The notes under the pieces were generated by a model. That model was not told the DNA's origin and made no database searches. It saw only the letters and a list, made by a program, of their open reading frames with translations. DNA of 64,000 bases. Origin: an uncultured delta proteobacterium (lineage in GTDB: Bacteria > Desulfobacterota > Zymogenia > Zymogenales > Zymogenaceae). Positions 19,001 through 28,703 of this stretch are shown piece by piece; the first letter of the stretch is position 1, and every line of letters begins with the position of its first letter. The position numbers were made by a program, and so were the translations under genes. The stretch lies in assembly GCA_963848155.1 (NCBI GenBank), contig CAWKCL010000006.1, positions 485,160 through 549,159 on the forward strand, written 5' to 3'.

Positions 19001-20661
19001 TTGTCGAAGTCGGAGACGTTTACGGTTACGCGCGCCGTGTCGCCGGGGGCGTATATCCACCGGTCCGGGCCGCACCGTAAGCGAATAAGAGGAGCGCACG
19101 ACCTTGACCACCGAGCTTGTCGTAACCACCCGGCGGGAGAGGTCGGTCACCGAGGCCTCGATCGTAAACGTATAGTCGTTATCGGGCGATTCGAGGTATA
19201 GTGACGGTATCCACCGTCAGCTTAAGCTTTCCCTGGTCATCCAGGATCGCGTGCCGCTGTCCACCATTACCTTCTCATGGGCATAGTAATAGTCGGAATC
19301 CATGAAGTACCAGCCCCAGTCATATCCCCACCACCAGGGGCGCTCATATACCGACCGGTAAATCGGTATAGTCGACCTTCGCCTCCGAGACGGGGCTGCC
19401 GAAATAGTAACCCGCGTCGATATCGGCGCGGATCGTCTCGCCCCGGATATAGACGTCCTTATCCGTCTTGACCTTGACCTCGTACTCCGGCTTCTTGTAT
19501 TCCTCGACCTTAAAGCTGGCTGTAGTAATTCTGGCCGTTCAGGCTCACGACGATCTGATACTCCCCGAGCGAGGGCTCGGCGCCGAGAACGAAGCTGCCG
19601 GCAAGGCTCCCATATTCGGTCAGGGGGAACTCGCTCCTCAAGACCTCGTTGCCCTTGGCGTCGTTGACGATGACCAGGTAGTCGTCGCCCCTGCCGGGCA
19701 CCTTGAGCCCCGAATCGGTCGATTCCCTCAGGATCGAGCGGAAAAAGACCGTGTCTCCGGGACGGTAGACGGGCCGGTCGGTGTAGGTATATACCTTGTC
19801 GTTGGCCTCGTCCCACCAGTAGGCGTAGGGGTCGGCGAGCGTGAAGTTCTTGCCGTCCTCGGCGAAGACGTAGACCGTGTCGGAATCGCCCGTCTTCACC
19901 TTGGAGTAGTACGTCCCTTCCGAATCGGTCTTGCCCTTGAACAGGAGTTTTTTCTCCTGGTCGTAGACCGAAACCTTGACGCCCCGCATCGGCTTTCCGG
20001 TCACCCGGTCGGCCACGTAGATGAGGCTGTCGGAAGACGAGCTCTTGACGATAAACGACATCGGGGTGACCACCACCATCGTGTAGGCCACCTCGTCCTG
20101 GTAGACCGCCTCGACCAGGTAACAGCCGACATCGGGGATATTCAGGTTAACCGTGTGATATTGCCACTGGCCGGAGCGTGAAATAACGAGGTTTTCCTGC
20201 CAGCGGTTCAGGAAGTTGAAGCGCTTCAGGATCGGGAAGAGCTCGTAGCTTTCCGGGGCCGGGGCTTCCGGCTCCGAGGCGTGGGGCAGGCCCAGGGCGG
20301 ACACCATGTCGTTGCGGATGTTATCGGTGAGCTTACCCCGGTAATCGTCCCTCAACAGCCGCCCGGCCTTGCGCTTGACCGCGCCTACCATCTCCGAGGG
20401 GGAGGATACGCCGCGCTTGGTGACAACCTCCGGGGAGTGCACGTCCTCAAGCCCCAGGAAGTAGGACTTCGGGTCATCGACCCGGTAGAGCCGGATATCC
20501 AGCGTCGGGATATCCATCGCCGATACCGTGACGGAGACCGGCTCGCCCGGCGCGAAGATCTTATCGGTAGAAAGCTCAAACGAGCCGGCAAAGGCCAGGG
20601 CCGGCAGCGCGCACAGTAATGCGAGAGAAAGGATAAGGGACTTTTTCATGGTTTCCCTCAA
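16004..20661 (-). CDS. Secreted alpha-2-macroglobulin family protein (MG domains, thioester region, C-terminal receptor-binding-like domain). It is split by several single-base indels and has an in-frame TGA at the thioester cysteine position.
   Basis: ORF fragments 19510..20661, 18182..18856, 17474..17995, 16318..17421 and 16004..16321 read colinearly as a roughly 1550-aa alpha-2-macroglobulin. It has a signal peptide. ...LVGYPYG-[TGA][14 protein letters not shown] aligns with eukaryotic PYG-C-GEQNMVLFAPNIYV. Confidence 0.8.
17443..17461 (-). promoter_or_regulatory. Candidate bacterial SECIS-like hairpin downstream of the in-frame TGA at 17474..17476
   Basis: mRNA reads UGA–AACGAGCAGGUA–AUGGCAAG-GUU-CUUGCCAU. 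Twelve-nt spacer, perfect 8-bp stem, 3-nt loop beginning with G. The apical loop lies about 23 nt after the UGA, which is bSECIS-like geometry. Confidence 0.45.
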
Positions 20662-20680
20662 CGTAGTATGCCGTTGCTAA

Positions 20681-21737
20681 TCAATCCAGTATCTTGAGCC
20701 GGTAATATCCAAGAAAATGATCGTTTTCCTTCACCGGCCGCCACCGCTCGTCCGGGTGCTCCTTGAGCGTGGCCAGCCTCACCTTGCGCACCTGCCCCCG
20801 GTCGTTTGTCCTCGGGCCGGTATGGTAGACCAGCCAGTCCTCGTTCTCGTCGTCGTCGGCCTCTCTCCCCCACTCGCCCAGGTAGATCATCGTATGGGAC
20901 GGCATCCGCGGGTTATCCGGGTTGAAGAAGAACAGGAGATCTCCCGGAAGCACGTCACGCTCGGTGCGTCCCAGAAAGACGACATTATACTGGAGCAGCG
21001 CCTCGGCCGTGCCCGCCGCAGAAAAGTTGAGGCCGATATCGTCGGGCGTAAAGGCGCCCGGCGCCGTGCGGAAGACCGCCGTTCCCAGGAGCGGCACGCC
21101 GGGATACGCGTACCTCTTCACGTCCGGGTTGGCCGGCGAGACCAGCGTGGCGTATGACGCGAAAAACGCGTCGTCGTGCGGCTTGAGGGCCTCGATATAG
21201 GCAAACCGCACCAGGCCCGCGCAATCCCGGTTGAGCTCGTCCCAGCGCCGGTTTTCCTCGAACACCTGCGATTCTGCCACCGCGCAAAACCAGCGCCTGA
21301 AGTTGAGCCGGTCGGTATCCCCGAAGAGCTCGGTCGACGTCCGGGAAACCGTCCTTATCCCGATCCCGGTAGTCTCCGACGACGTCGATCGTCGCCCGTC
21401 CGGGGTCAAGCCCCGGGGCCTCGGCCGTAACGTAAAGGGTGCCGGTCTCGAACGTCGAAATAAGTCGCGCCGCCGCCGCCCCGTTGTGAAGCAGGATCGG
21501 CCCGCCCTCCGTCATGGTAACCGCGGGACCGGAAAGGGTAACCGTTACCGGCCCGTCGTACCCGCGGGCGGGGTTTCCCGCCTCCGTTACCGCGTTGATG
21601 GCGAGCTCCACGGTATCTTCCCTGTTCGCCGAAAGCCTGTCCTTTGAAGGAGCGACGGTTATATCGGTCGCCCGGCCGCACGAGACGGCCGTTACGGCCG
21701 ATACGATCAACAGGAGCGGCCCGGCCCAGCTATTCAT
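20681..21737 (-). CDS. DUF1175-family (YfaT-like) secreted protein. Frameshifted near 21300–21360 in this assembly.
   Basis: Lipoprotein-type N-terminus ([20 protein letters not shown]). The C-terminal 200 aa (...[17 protein letters not shown]...HTMIYLGEW...) is in a second frame. Confidence 0.55.
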
Positions 21738-23496
21738 CGATGTCTTTTGCCGTGAGCGTAACGGTGCCTTCGATAGCGTCGCCCGAAAAGTTAATGCCCC
21801 CGGAACATGAGACAAACGCATGCCGCGTCAGTTCCAGAAGCGGCAGCAGCCGCTTTTCCGAATCCTGATAGAGAAAATAGGTATAGTTTGCCGAGAGATT
21901 GACCAGGTAATCCTCCAGGAGCGAGACCGCGTTGTTCCCGTCAACATAGCCGTAGAGGTCGTAATTGTCGGCGGGGATCTTCTTTTGGGCCTCGATAAAG
22001 GCCGCCGATTTAGTGAGGAAGTCCCGGTCAAAGAGGCTGCCCGCCTCCTTCATCGACGAGAGTGCGGCGTTGTCGATGAGCCGCTGCGACCGCCGAGAAA
22101 TCCCAGAAGAGAAAAAGCTTCCCGCCCCAGAACCCGAATCCCGGGTTTGCCTTGACGGAAACGTCATATTCGGAGCCGTTCCAATTGATGCTCTTTTCAC
22201 GGAAACCGCCCATGTACGACAGCGTGGCGTTGTCCAGGGTGATGACCTGGGGGCCGGCATCAAAAAACGAATAGGCGAAGAACTTGGAGAGGTTTTCCGC
22301 GAGCGCGGCCTCGCCGCCCGGTTTCACGCCCACGGAAGCTATCACCTTCAGGTGCGGCTTTTGGGCCTCCCAGCCGAGCCCGACGAGCGCCGCCGTCGCC
22401 CCCCTGCCGAGGTTGTTGATGATGCCTCCCTCGAGGTCGAATCCCCCCTTCTCTTTCCACGTCTTGAGCACGGAGATATAGGCGATCCGCTCAGCCACGT
22501 CCCCGAACCAGCTCTTTGAAAAGTGTGTGTAGACGATACCCGGGTCAAAGGCCCGAAAGGCGATCAGGCCCGCCGTTTCCCCCGGGATCTGCCCGAGGTC
22601 GATCGGCGGCGTATCGGCAAGCGTCCCGAGCGCCATAAGGTCGGTCAGCGTCCTCCGCCGTACCGTACGGGGCCAGCATCGAGGCGTCGATCCCCGTCTC
22701 GGTAAACGTTAAAGCCGCCGCTACCGCGTCCGTACCTTTCAACAGCCGCGCCATCCGCGCCCGGAGCCCCTTCTTTGTCGGGATCGGGATTCATGACGGA
22801 GGTCGAGTAGTAGAGGACGTGGTACTGGCCGGGCAAACGTGAGAACAGACCCGTGAACCGGGGGTTATTCGTGATCGCGGCGGTACCGCTACCCGATACC
22901 ATCTCCCACTGGCTCTTGAACAGCTCTGCCGAATCGGAAAAGACCGTGTATTGTTTTGTCGATTTGTAATATATATGCTTGCCGCCGGCCGTGACCACCC
23001 AGACCGAATAGGTCCCCCAGTCCTCCTTGGCGACGCCGCCCGAAAAGATCGAGGCGGCGCCGATGACCAGGCGCTTGAAAAATCCCGTCTCGATTATCCC
23101 CGCCGAGGCCGTACCGGAAGGCAGTCTCGTGGTAAAAAAGACCGCCCGCTTGCCGACCATCCATAACACCCGGCGCGGCGTTGGACGGATACCCGTCGAT
23201 TTTTCAAGATCGCCCAGTTTCGTGAGGAGCGGCGCGGAGAGATCACTCTTGAACGGACCGTCGAAAACGGAAAGGCCGCGCACCTCGTCATAGTAGTCGC
23301 TCCTGAGAAACGGCGAGAGCCCCTGTTTCAGGTCGCGCAGATAGATAAGGGACTCGACGTTTTCGGGGACGAGCCCGAGAAGCTCGTCGGGGGCTTCCGC
23401 CCGGGCGTCCCCGAGGTTCATTACGAGCGTAATGCCCATCGCGACCGCGACCGCTACGCCCAGGGCGATTGCCGAAATCCGGATTCTTTGTCGCAT
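21730..23496 (-). CDS. DUF2138-family (YfaA-like) secreted protein, split into three fragments by indels
   Basis: Signal peptide (MRQRIRISAIALGVAVAVAMG). Fragments 22645..23496, 22028..22636 and 21730..22263 are colinear. Confidence 0.5.
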
Positions 23497-23524
23497 GACG
23501 TGCTCCCTATTGTCCCCGGCCTTT

Positions 23525-24117
23525 TTAGCGGGGTTGCATGAGCATATAGAGACGGGGGTCCACCCCCGCCCGCAGGATCGTGTTGAAATACCTCAACACG
23601 ACGATATGGAGCACCCGCTCCCTCATCGTGTCCGGTACCGCGTCCATCAGGATCGGCAGGTCCCGGTAGAAATCAGCGAGCGATTCCCCGGCGGCCTTCA
23701 CGAGAGCAGGGTCGGCCGTCTCGGAAGGCACCGAGGCCGAGAGGGTCGTATACTCGTCCCACTCGGCGTCGAGGATAACGTCCAGCGCGTCCCCCCGTGT
23801 CATGTCCGGACCGCCCGCGGTATCCGCCTCCCCGGGCTCGTAGTAATCGGTCTCCGCCGAGTAGTCTGATACGATGCGGGGCACCGTGAATCGCTGCCGC
23901 GCGTCCAGGATGAGCTTCCATTCGCCGCGCGGTACGTCGGAGTCCCGCTCTCCGGTTTCGGGCATTGACTTTTCGACCGTTTCAACCGCCGTGATCACGT
24001 CGGCGAAAACGCCGCCCTTCACGGGCGCTCCCTCTCCCTCGGGCGGCGCTGCATGGCACCCCCAGAGCATCGCGGCAGCCGATACAGCAGGACAAACGAG
24101 AGACGCCGGACGCCGCT
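23525..24117 (-). CDS. Hypothetical acidic protein, possibly a lipoprotein
   Basis: 181-aa ORF plus an upstream in-frame extension with an LWGC lipobox-like motif. No known domain. The start is uncertain. Confidence 0.35.
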
Positions 24118-25010
24118 CATGCGTGCATCCCCCCGCGTCCTCCCGGCGCGCCGGGGCCGAGGACGGACAATATCTCGCTCAACGCCCGGTCCGAACGATA
24201 GGTATTTGTCTTGATATCCCATCCCTTCTCCTTCAAACCGATTAATAACTGGGTGACATCGGGCAAGAACGGCCGCGCCCTATCCAGGGCCTCCGGGTCG
24301 TCAAAAAGCGCCTCGGGCGTGCGATCCAGGACGATTTTACCCCGCTCAAGGATGATGATCCGATCGGCCACCCGGATGATCTCTTCCATGTCGTGCGAGA
24401 TGATGAAAACGGTCTTCCCCCGGGCGTTGAGCTCCTTGATATGCCTGAGCGTTTCGGTGCGGGAACGGGAGTCCAGCCCCTGGGTCGGCTCGTCGAAAAC
24501 CAGGATATCCGGGTCCATGGAGATAATCGATGCGATGGCGACCTTGCGCTGCTCGCCCCCCGACAGGGTAAACGGCGAGCGGTCGGCCAATCGGTCGAGG
24601 TCAAGGTTTACCAGGCGCGCGGCCTCGTAAACACGGCCACGGATTTCTTCTTCGGAAAGTCCACCCCGGTTCACGAGGCCGAACGATATCTCGGCCATGA
24701 CCGTCTCTTCAAAGAGCTGGTGCTCCGGGTACTGGAAGACCAGCCCCACCCGATCCCGGAGCCGCGCGGTCTTCTTTGTCGAGGGCTTGACCTCGATGTC
24801 GCCGACGCGGACGCTGCCCTTGGTCGGGATCAATAGCCCGTTGAGGGAAAGGGCCAGCGTCGTCTTTCCCGAGCCGGTCCGGCCGATAAGGGCGATGAAC
24901 TCGCCCTGATCGACGGCAAGGTCAATCCCCGACAGCGCGGCCTTTTGAAGGGGCGTCCCGGGGAAAAACACGTGGTGCAGGCCCTTGATTTCGATGAGCA
25001 TAGTCTTCAC
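24117..25010 (-). CDS. ABC transporter ATP-binding protein, ECF/CbiO type
   Basis: Walker A (GRTGSGKTT), signature (LSGGEQRKVA) and Walker B (ILVFDEPT). The 297-aa length is typical of EcfA. Confidence 0.8.
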   Translation of the reverse strand: MKTMLIEIKGLHHVFFPGTPLQKAALSGIDLAVDQGEFIALIGRTGSGKTTLALSLNGLLIPTKGSVRVGDIEVKPSTKKTARLRDRVGLVFQYPEHQLFEETVMAEISFGLVNRGGLSEEEIRGRVYEAARLVNLDLDRLADRSPFTLSGGEQRKVAIASIISMDPDILVFDEPTQGLDSRSRTETLRHIKELNARGKTVFIISHDMEEIIRVADRIIILERGKIVLDRTPEALFDDPEALDRARPFLPDVTQLLIGLKEKGWDIKTNTYRSDRALSEILSVLGPGAPGGRGGMHA

Positions 25011-25011
25011 G

Positions 25012-25281
25012 CTATGGCTTTTTAAAGACGTGATCCCCCGGTCGGACCTTGTCGGCGATCTTTATCCCCACCAGCGCCCCTGACTTGACGTCCGTCACCT
25101 CGGCGTTATCGATCTGCATCGAGGCCACCACCTCGGTAAAATCGGTCGTGGCTCCCTTGAAATGGAGCTCATCGCCGACCTTGATGGGGCCGGTTACCTT
25201 TATCGCCGCAACGGACGGCTTGGCAAAAAACTTGATGACCTCTCCAACCATTACCTCTTCGGACATCACACTCCTCCTCAC
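25012..25281 (-). CDS. Small beta-barrel protein resembling EF-Tu/SelB domain II
   Basis: 89 aa. (GEVIKFFAKPSVAAIKVTGPIKVGDELHF...ALVGIKIADKVRPGDHV) resembles translation-factor domain-II barrels. It sits immediately downstream of selA. Confidence 0.4.
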   Translation of the reverse strand: MRRSVMSEEVMVGEVIKFFAKPSVAAIKVTGPIKVGDELHFKGATTDFTEVVASMQIDNAEVTDVKSGALVGIKIADKVRPGDHVFKKP

Positions 25282-26741
25282 ACGCTGTCTTTTTCGGGTC
25301 TGTTGCTATGCCGGGATCCCGTCTCTCCCCGCAGCGCGGCCGCCGTCCCCCGGATCAGGTCCGGTATCTGGCGGTCGGTGATTGTGCGGGGGTCCAGGAT
25401 CAGTCGTTCATGGGTAATCCGGGCCACGATAGGGACCGGTTGGCGGCGCAGGCGCTCCTCGAGCTTGACGGGGCTTTCGGCCAGCGGGATGATCGTGATC
25501 ACCCGGCCGGGCAGCTCGGAAGTCGGGAAGGCCCCGCCGCCGACCCCGGAAACGTCGTCCGCGGTGGTGACGTGGTGGTTCGGGTGGGGCTCCCGGTTGA
25601 GCTGCCGGACGATTCTCAGGGCGCGCCGCTTTGTCTCGTCGTAGGACATCGTGATCATCCTGACGACGGGGATCTTCTGCCGGGCCTCGTTCGGGTCGCG
25701 GTAGAGCATGAGGGTCGATTCGACGGCGGCCAGCGTCATCTTATCGACGCGCATGGCCCGGTACAGGGGGTTTTTCGCGACCCGCTCGACGTAATCGGCC
25801 GCCCCGATGACGAAGCCGGCCTGCCCCCCGCCCAGCAGCTTATCCCCGGAAAAGGTGATAATATCCACGCCCGACGAGACCACCTCCGGGACGGTCGGCT
25901 CGTGGGGGAGCCCCCAGGGGGTCAGGTCGATAATCGAGCCGCTGCCGAGGTCCTCCATGACCGGCACGTCGTACCGCCTTCCGAGGGCGACAAGCTCGGC
26001 TGCGGCGACCTCCTCGGTAAACCCGACGATCCGGTAGTTCGATGTATGGACCTTCAACAGCAGCCCCGTCTGGGAGCCGATGGCGCGTTCGTAGTCGGAA
26101 AGCCTCGTCCGGTTGGTCGCCCCCACCTCGCGCAGGCGGGCGCCGCTCTTTTCCATCACGTCGGGAATCCTGAACGCGCCGCCGATCTCCACAAGCTCGC
26201 CCCGGGAGACGATGACCTCCCGCCCCTCGGCCAGCGTATTGAGCGCCAAAAGGACCGCCGCGGCGTTGTTGTTGACGACCACGGACGCCGGGGCGCCGGT
26301 GATTTCGGTTATCAGCGCGGAGAGGTGGTCCCGGCGCGACCCCCGCCGTCCTTCGTCGAGGTCAAATTCGAGGTTGGAATAGCCCGAGGAGATTGCCGCG
26401 ACATGATCGAGCGCCTCGTTAGCCAGCGGCGCCCGTCCGAGGTTGGTATGCAGGATGATCCCGGTGGCGTTGATAACCGGCACGAGCCGCGGCGTGATCG
26501 ACATCAGCAGCCACTCCTCGATCAGGGAAAGGAGGGCCGGCTCGGCCATCACGTCGGACGCGGGGTGTTCCTTGAGCTGCCCGCGGGCGTCGGACACCGC
26601 CTCCCGGACGGCCTGTTTGACCACCATCGCGGGAAAGCGCTCCGAAAGCTCCCTGACGTGCGGATGAGCGAGCAATTTATCCACCGCGGGAAGTTTGGAG
26701 AGAGGTGATTGGGGGGCCGGTTTTTCGGTCTTTTTCGGCAT
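25278..26741 (-). CDS. selA: L-seryl-tRNA(Sec) selenium transferase (selenocysteine synthase)
   Basis: 487 aa with SelA signatures (VINATGIILHTNLGRAPL) and the PLP-lysine motif (ITFSGDKLLGGGQAGFVIG). Confidence 0.9.
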   Translation of the reverse strand: MPKKTEKPAPQSPLSKLPAVDKLLAHPHVRELSERFPAMVVKQAVREAVSDARGQLKEHPASDVMAEPALLSLIEEWLLMSITPRLVPVINATGIILHTNLGRAPLANEALDHVAAISSGYSNLEFDLDEGRRGSRRDHLSALITEITGAPASVVVNNNAAAVLLALNTLAEGREVIVSRGELVEIGGAFRIPDVMEKSGARLREVGATNRTRLSDYERAIGSQTGLLLKVHTSNYRIVGFTEEVAAAELVALGRRYDVPVMEDLGSGSIIDLTPWGLPHEPTVPEVVSSGVDIITFSGDKLLGGGQAGFVIGAADYVERVAKNPLYRAMRVDKMTLAAVESTLMLYRDPNEARQKIPVVRMITMSYDETKRRALRIVRQLNREPHPNHHVTTADDVSGVGGGAFPTSELPGRVITIIPLAESPVKLEERLRRQPVPIVARITHERLILDPRTITDRQIPDLIRGTAAALRGETGSRHSNRPEKDSV

Positions 26742-26769
26742 GACGCCACTCGGTAATTTGCGTGAAACT

Positions 26770-26800
26770 CTATCATATTTTTACGGATTTCTCAAGCAAA
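26770..26800 (-). promoter_or_regulatory. Sigma70-like promoter upstream of selA
   Basis: On the minus strand: TTGCTT, a 16-nt spacer, then TATGAT, about 30–60 nt upstream of the selA start. Confidence 0.4.
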
Positions 26801-26845
26801 ATGAGCGGCCGTATCCACCGGCCCGATTTCGGACGGGCGGCCGGA

Positions 26846-26898
26846 CAAAAAAAGGGGGCTCGGTCCCGCGCCGTTTGGCGCACCGGACCGGAGCCCCC
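26846..26898 (-). terminator. Rho-independent terminator of the secreted repeat-protein gene
   Basis: On the minus strand: GGGGGCUCCGGUCC...GGACCGAGCCCCC hairpin followed by U8. Confidence 0.6.
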
Positions 26899-26922
26899 AC
26901 GATGGGCATCTGAACGGGCTGC

Positions 26923-27630
26923 CTACCTTACCGTGAAGGTGACGGACGTCAGCTCCGTGCCGTTGTCATCGGTGCTGTGCATGCGAAAGTCGTACGATCC
27001 GGGAGTCGTCGGAGCGCTGAAATAGAGCGTGCCCGAGGTCCTTCCCTGGAGATATTGATAGGACAGGTCGTACTGATCGTTGGTCGCCTCGCTGCCGTGG
27101 GCCACCCACGAGGGGATGATCCCGATCCAGGCGTTGGAGGAAAGCCCCGCCGGCGCGCTAAAGGTTACGGCGATCGACCCTCCGGGAGAAACGCTGTACG
27201 TGTTAAGACTCAGCGACGCCGGGGAGGGTGCCGCGCCGCCCGACACGGTAAAGGAAACGTAGGTCAGCTCAGCTCCGCTGTTATCCGAGCTGTTCATCCG
27301 CAGGTCGTAGTTGCCCGGAGTAGTGGGTGCGGTAAATACGAGGGTTCCGTAGGTCTTACCCTCCAGGTACTTGTAGGAGATATCGTTCTGGTCGTTGGTC
27401 ACTTCACTGCCGTGCGGGACCGACGAGGGGATGACGCCCACCCAGGCATTGTTGGGAAGGCCGGGAGGTGCATTAAACGTTGCAGTGATCGACTCCCCGG
27501 GGGCATATCCCCGCTTCGGGATCGTCAGCGACGCGCCCCCGGTCTGGGCGAAGACGGTCACGGAAACCAGGCATATCGCCGCCGCTATGAAGGCGGCTAA
27601 GAAGATCGGATTTTTTCTCTTGAATGTCAT
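26923..27630 (-). CDS. Secreted protein with two tandem domains of about 100 aa (internal duplication)
   Basis: Signal peptide. Repeat 1 (ITATFNAPPGLPNNAWVGVIPSSVPHGSEVTNDQNDISYKYLEGKTYGTLVFTAPTTPGNYDLRMNSSDNSGAELTYVSFTV). Repeat 2 (IAVTFSAPAGLSSNAWIGIIPSWVAHGSEATNDQYDLSYQYLQGRTSGTLYFSAPTTPGSYDFRMHSTDDNGTELTSVTFTV). Confidence 0.65.
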   Translation of the reverse strand: MTFKRKNPIFLAAFIAAAICLVSVTVFAQTGGASLTIPKRGYAPGESITATFNAPPGLPNNAWVGVIPSSVPHGSEVTNDQNDISYKYLEGKTYGTLVFTAPTTPGNYDLRMNSSDNSGAELTYVSFTVSGGAAPSPASLSLNTYSVSPGGSIAVTFSAPAGLSSNAWIGIIPSWVAHGSEATNDQYDLSYQYLQGRTSGTLYFSAPTTPGSYDFRMHSTDDNGTELTSVTFTVR

Positions 27631-27653
27631 GTTGTTCTCCTTTTGGATTTACG

Positions 27654-28660
27654 TTAAAGATTCTCTATCTCGACGGCCAGGCTTCTCTCCGGCCGGGCGC
27701 TGACGCTGCCGACGACCTGGGCGGCAACGTAGGCCGCGATCCTTCCCGCCCGCTCGAAGTCTATGCCGCGCGCGATGGAAAAGAGGATGCCGGCCGCGTA
27801 GGCGTCTCCCGCCCCGTTGCTGTTGACGACCGCTACCGGGTAGATCGGCACCCTGATGACCCGTCCGTCTGCCTCGATGAGGCTTCCCCGGTCGCCGAGC
27901 TTGACCACGGCCACCTCGCACATGGCATATATCGCGGCCAGCGCCTGCTCCTCGTCATCCAGCCCGGTAAAGGCCCGCGCCTCCATCTCGTTGACGAAGA
28001 TGATATCGGCCCGTTCTCTCACCAGGTCCCTGATCGGCTCGAGGTTCCTGCCGATGAGCGCGGGGTCGGCAAGGTCGATGGAAACCTTCCCCCCGAGTTA
28101 CGCGCGACCTCCATTGCGTGAACGCACGTCTCCTTGAGCTCCGGGTCTTCCAGCTGATATCCCTCAATGTGCAGGATTCGGCTCTGCCTGATATCCTCGT
28201 CGAAGACGTCGTCCTTTCGGAAGTGGAGCGCCGCTCCCAGGTGGGTCGCGAATGTCCGCTCCGAATCCGGGGTGATGAAGGTGATCGCGTGTCCGGTTAT
28301 ACCCGATTGGTGCCTGCTCAGCCGCGACCGGACGCCGGAGTCCACGGTGCTCTGTTCGTATACCGTCCCGTGGTAGTCGTCGCCGATCTTGCCCAGGAAG
28401 ACGGCGCTGCCCCCGAGTGCGCTGACGCAGGCCAGCGTATTGGCCGACGAGCCGCCCGGCGCGGTCTTGACCCGGTAGCCCTTCTCGATCATGCCGAGGA
28501 TGCGCCTGCTCTGCTCTTCGTCGATGAGATGCATCTGGCCCTTTTGCATGTCGATTTCGGCAAGCAGGCCGTCGTCCACCTCGACGATAAAATCGAGCAG
28601 CGGGCTGCCGATCCCGCAGACGTCATAGCGTTTCGGTACAGCGTCGGTTTTTGATATCAT
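27654..28660 (-). CDS. PfkB-family carbohydrate/nucleoside kinase (adenosine-kinase-like), with a 1-nt homopolymer indel near 28090
   Basis: N-terminus (DVCGIGSPLLDF) and C-terminus (NGAGDAYAAGILF). The two halves lie in different frames. Restoring one A in the 'ggggggaa' run rejoins them. Confidence 0.75.
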
Positions 28661-28703
28661 CTCAGGTAACCACCTTTCATTCTGTGAATACGGTCACGTC
28701 CTG

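Noticed and set aside
19217-19816. ORF 19217..19816 and the other Arg-rich ORFs overlapping alpha-2-macroglobulin fragments, taken as separate genes
   Set aside because: They are alternate-frame readings of the alpha-2-macroglobulin gene. Only their C-terminal ends (for example ...[15 protein letters not shown]) correspond to the real alpha-2-macroglobulin frame.
16004-20661. Alpha-2-macroglobulin, DUF1175, DUF2138, PfkB and HDAC genes as true pseudogenes because of their multiple frameshifts
   Set aside because: The same kind of homopolymer frameshifts occur in essential ileS, lspA and mdh at a similar density. They are therefore attributed to assembly error.
26742-26922. Possible tRNA-Sec (selC) or other tRNA in intergenic regions near selA
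   Set aside because: No cloverleaf-compatible sequence with an 8-bp acceptor stem or long variable arm was found. The region is explained by a terminator plus the selA promoter.
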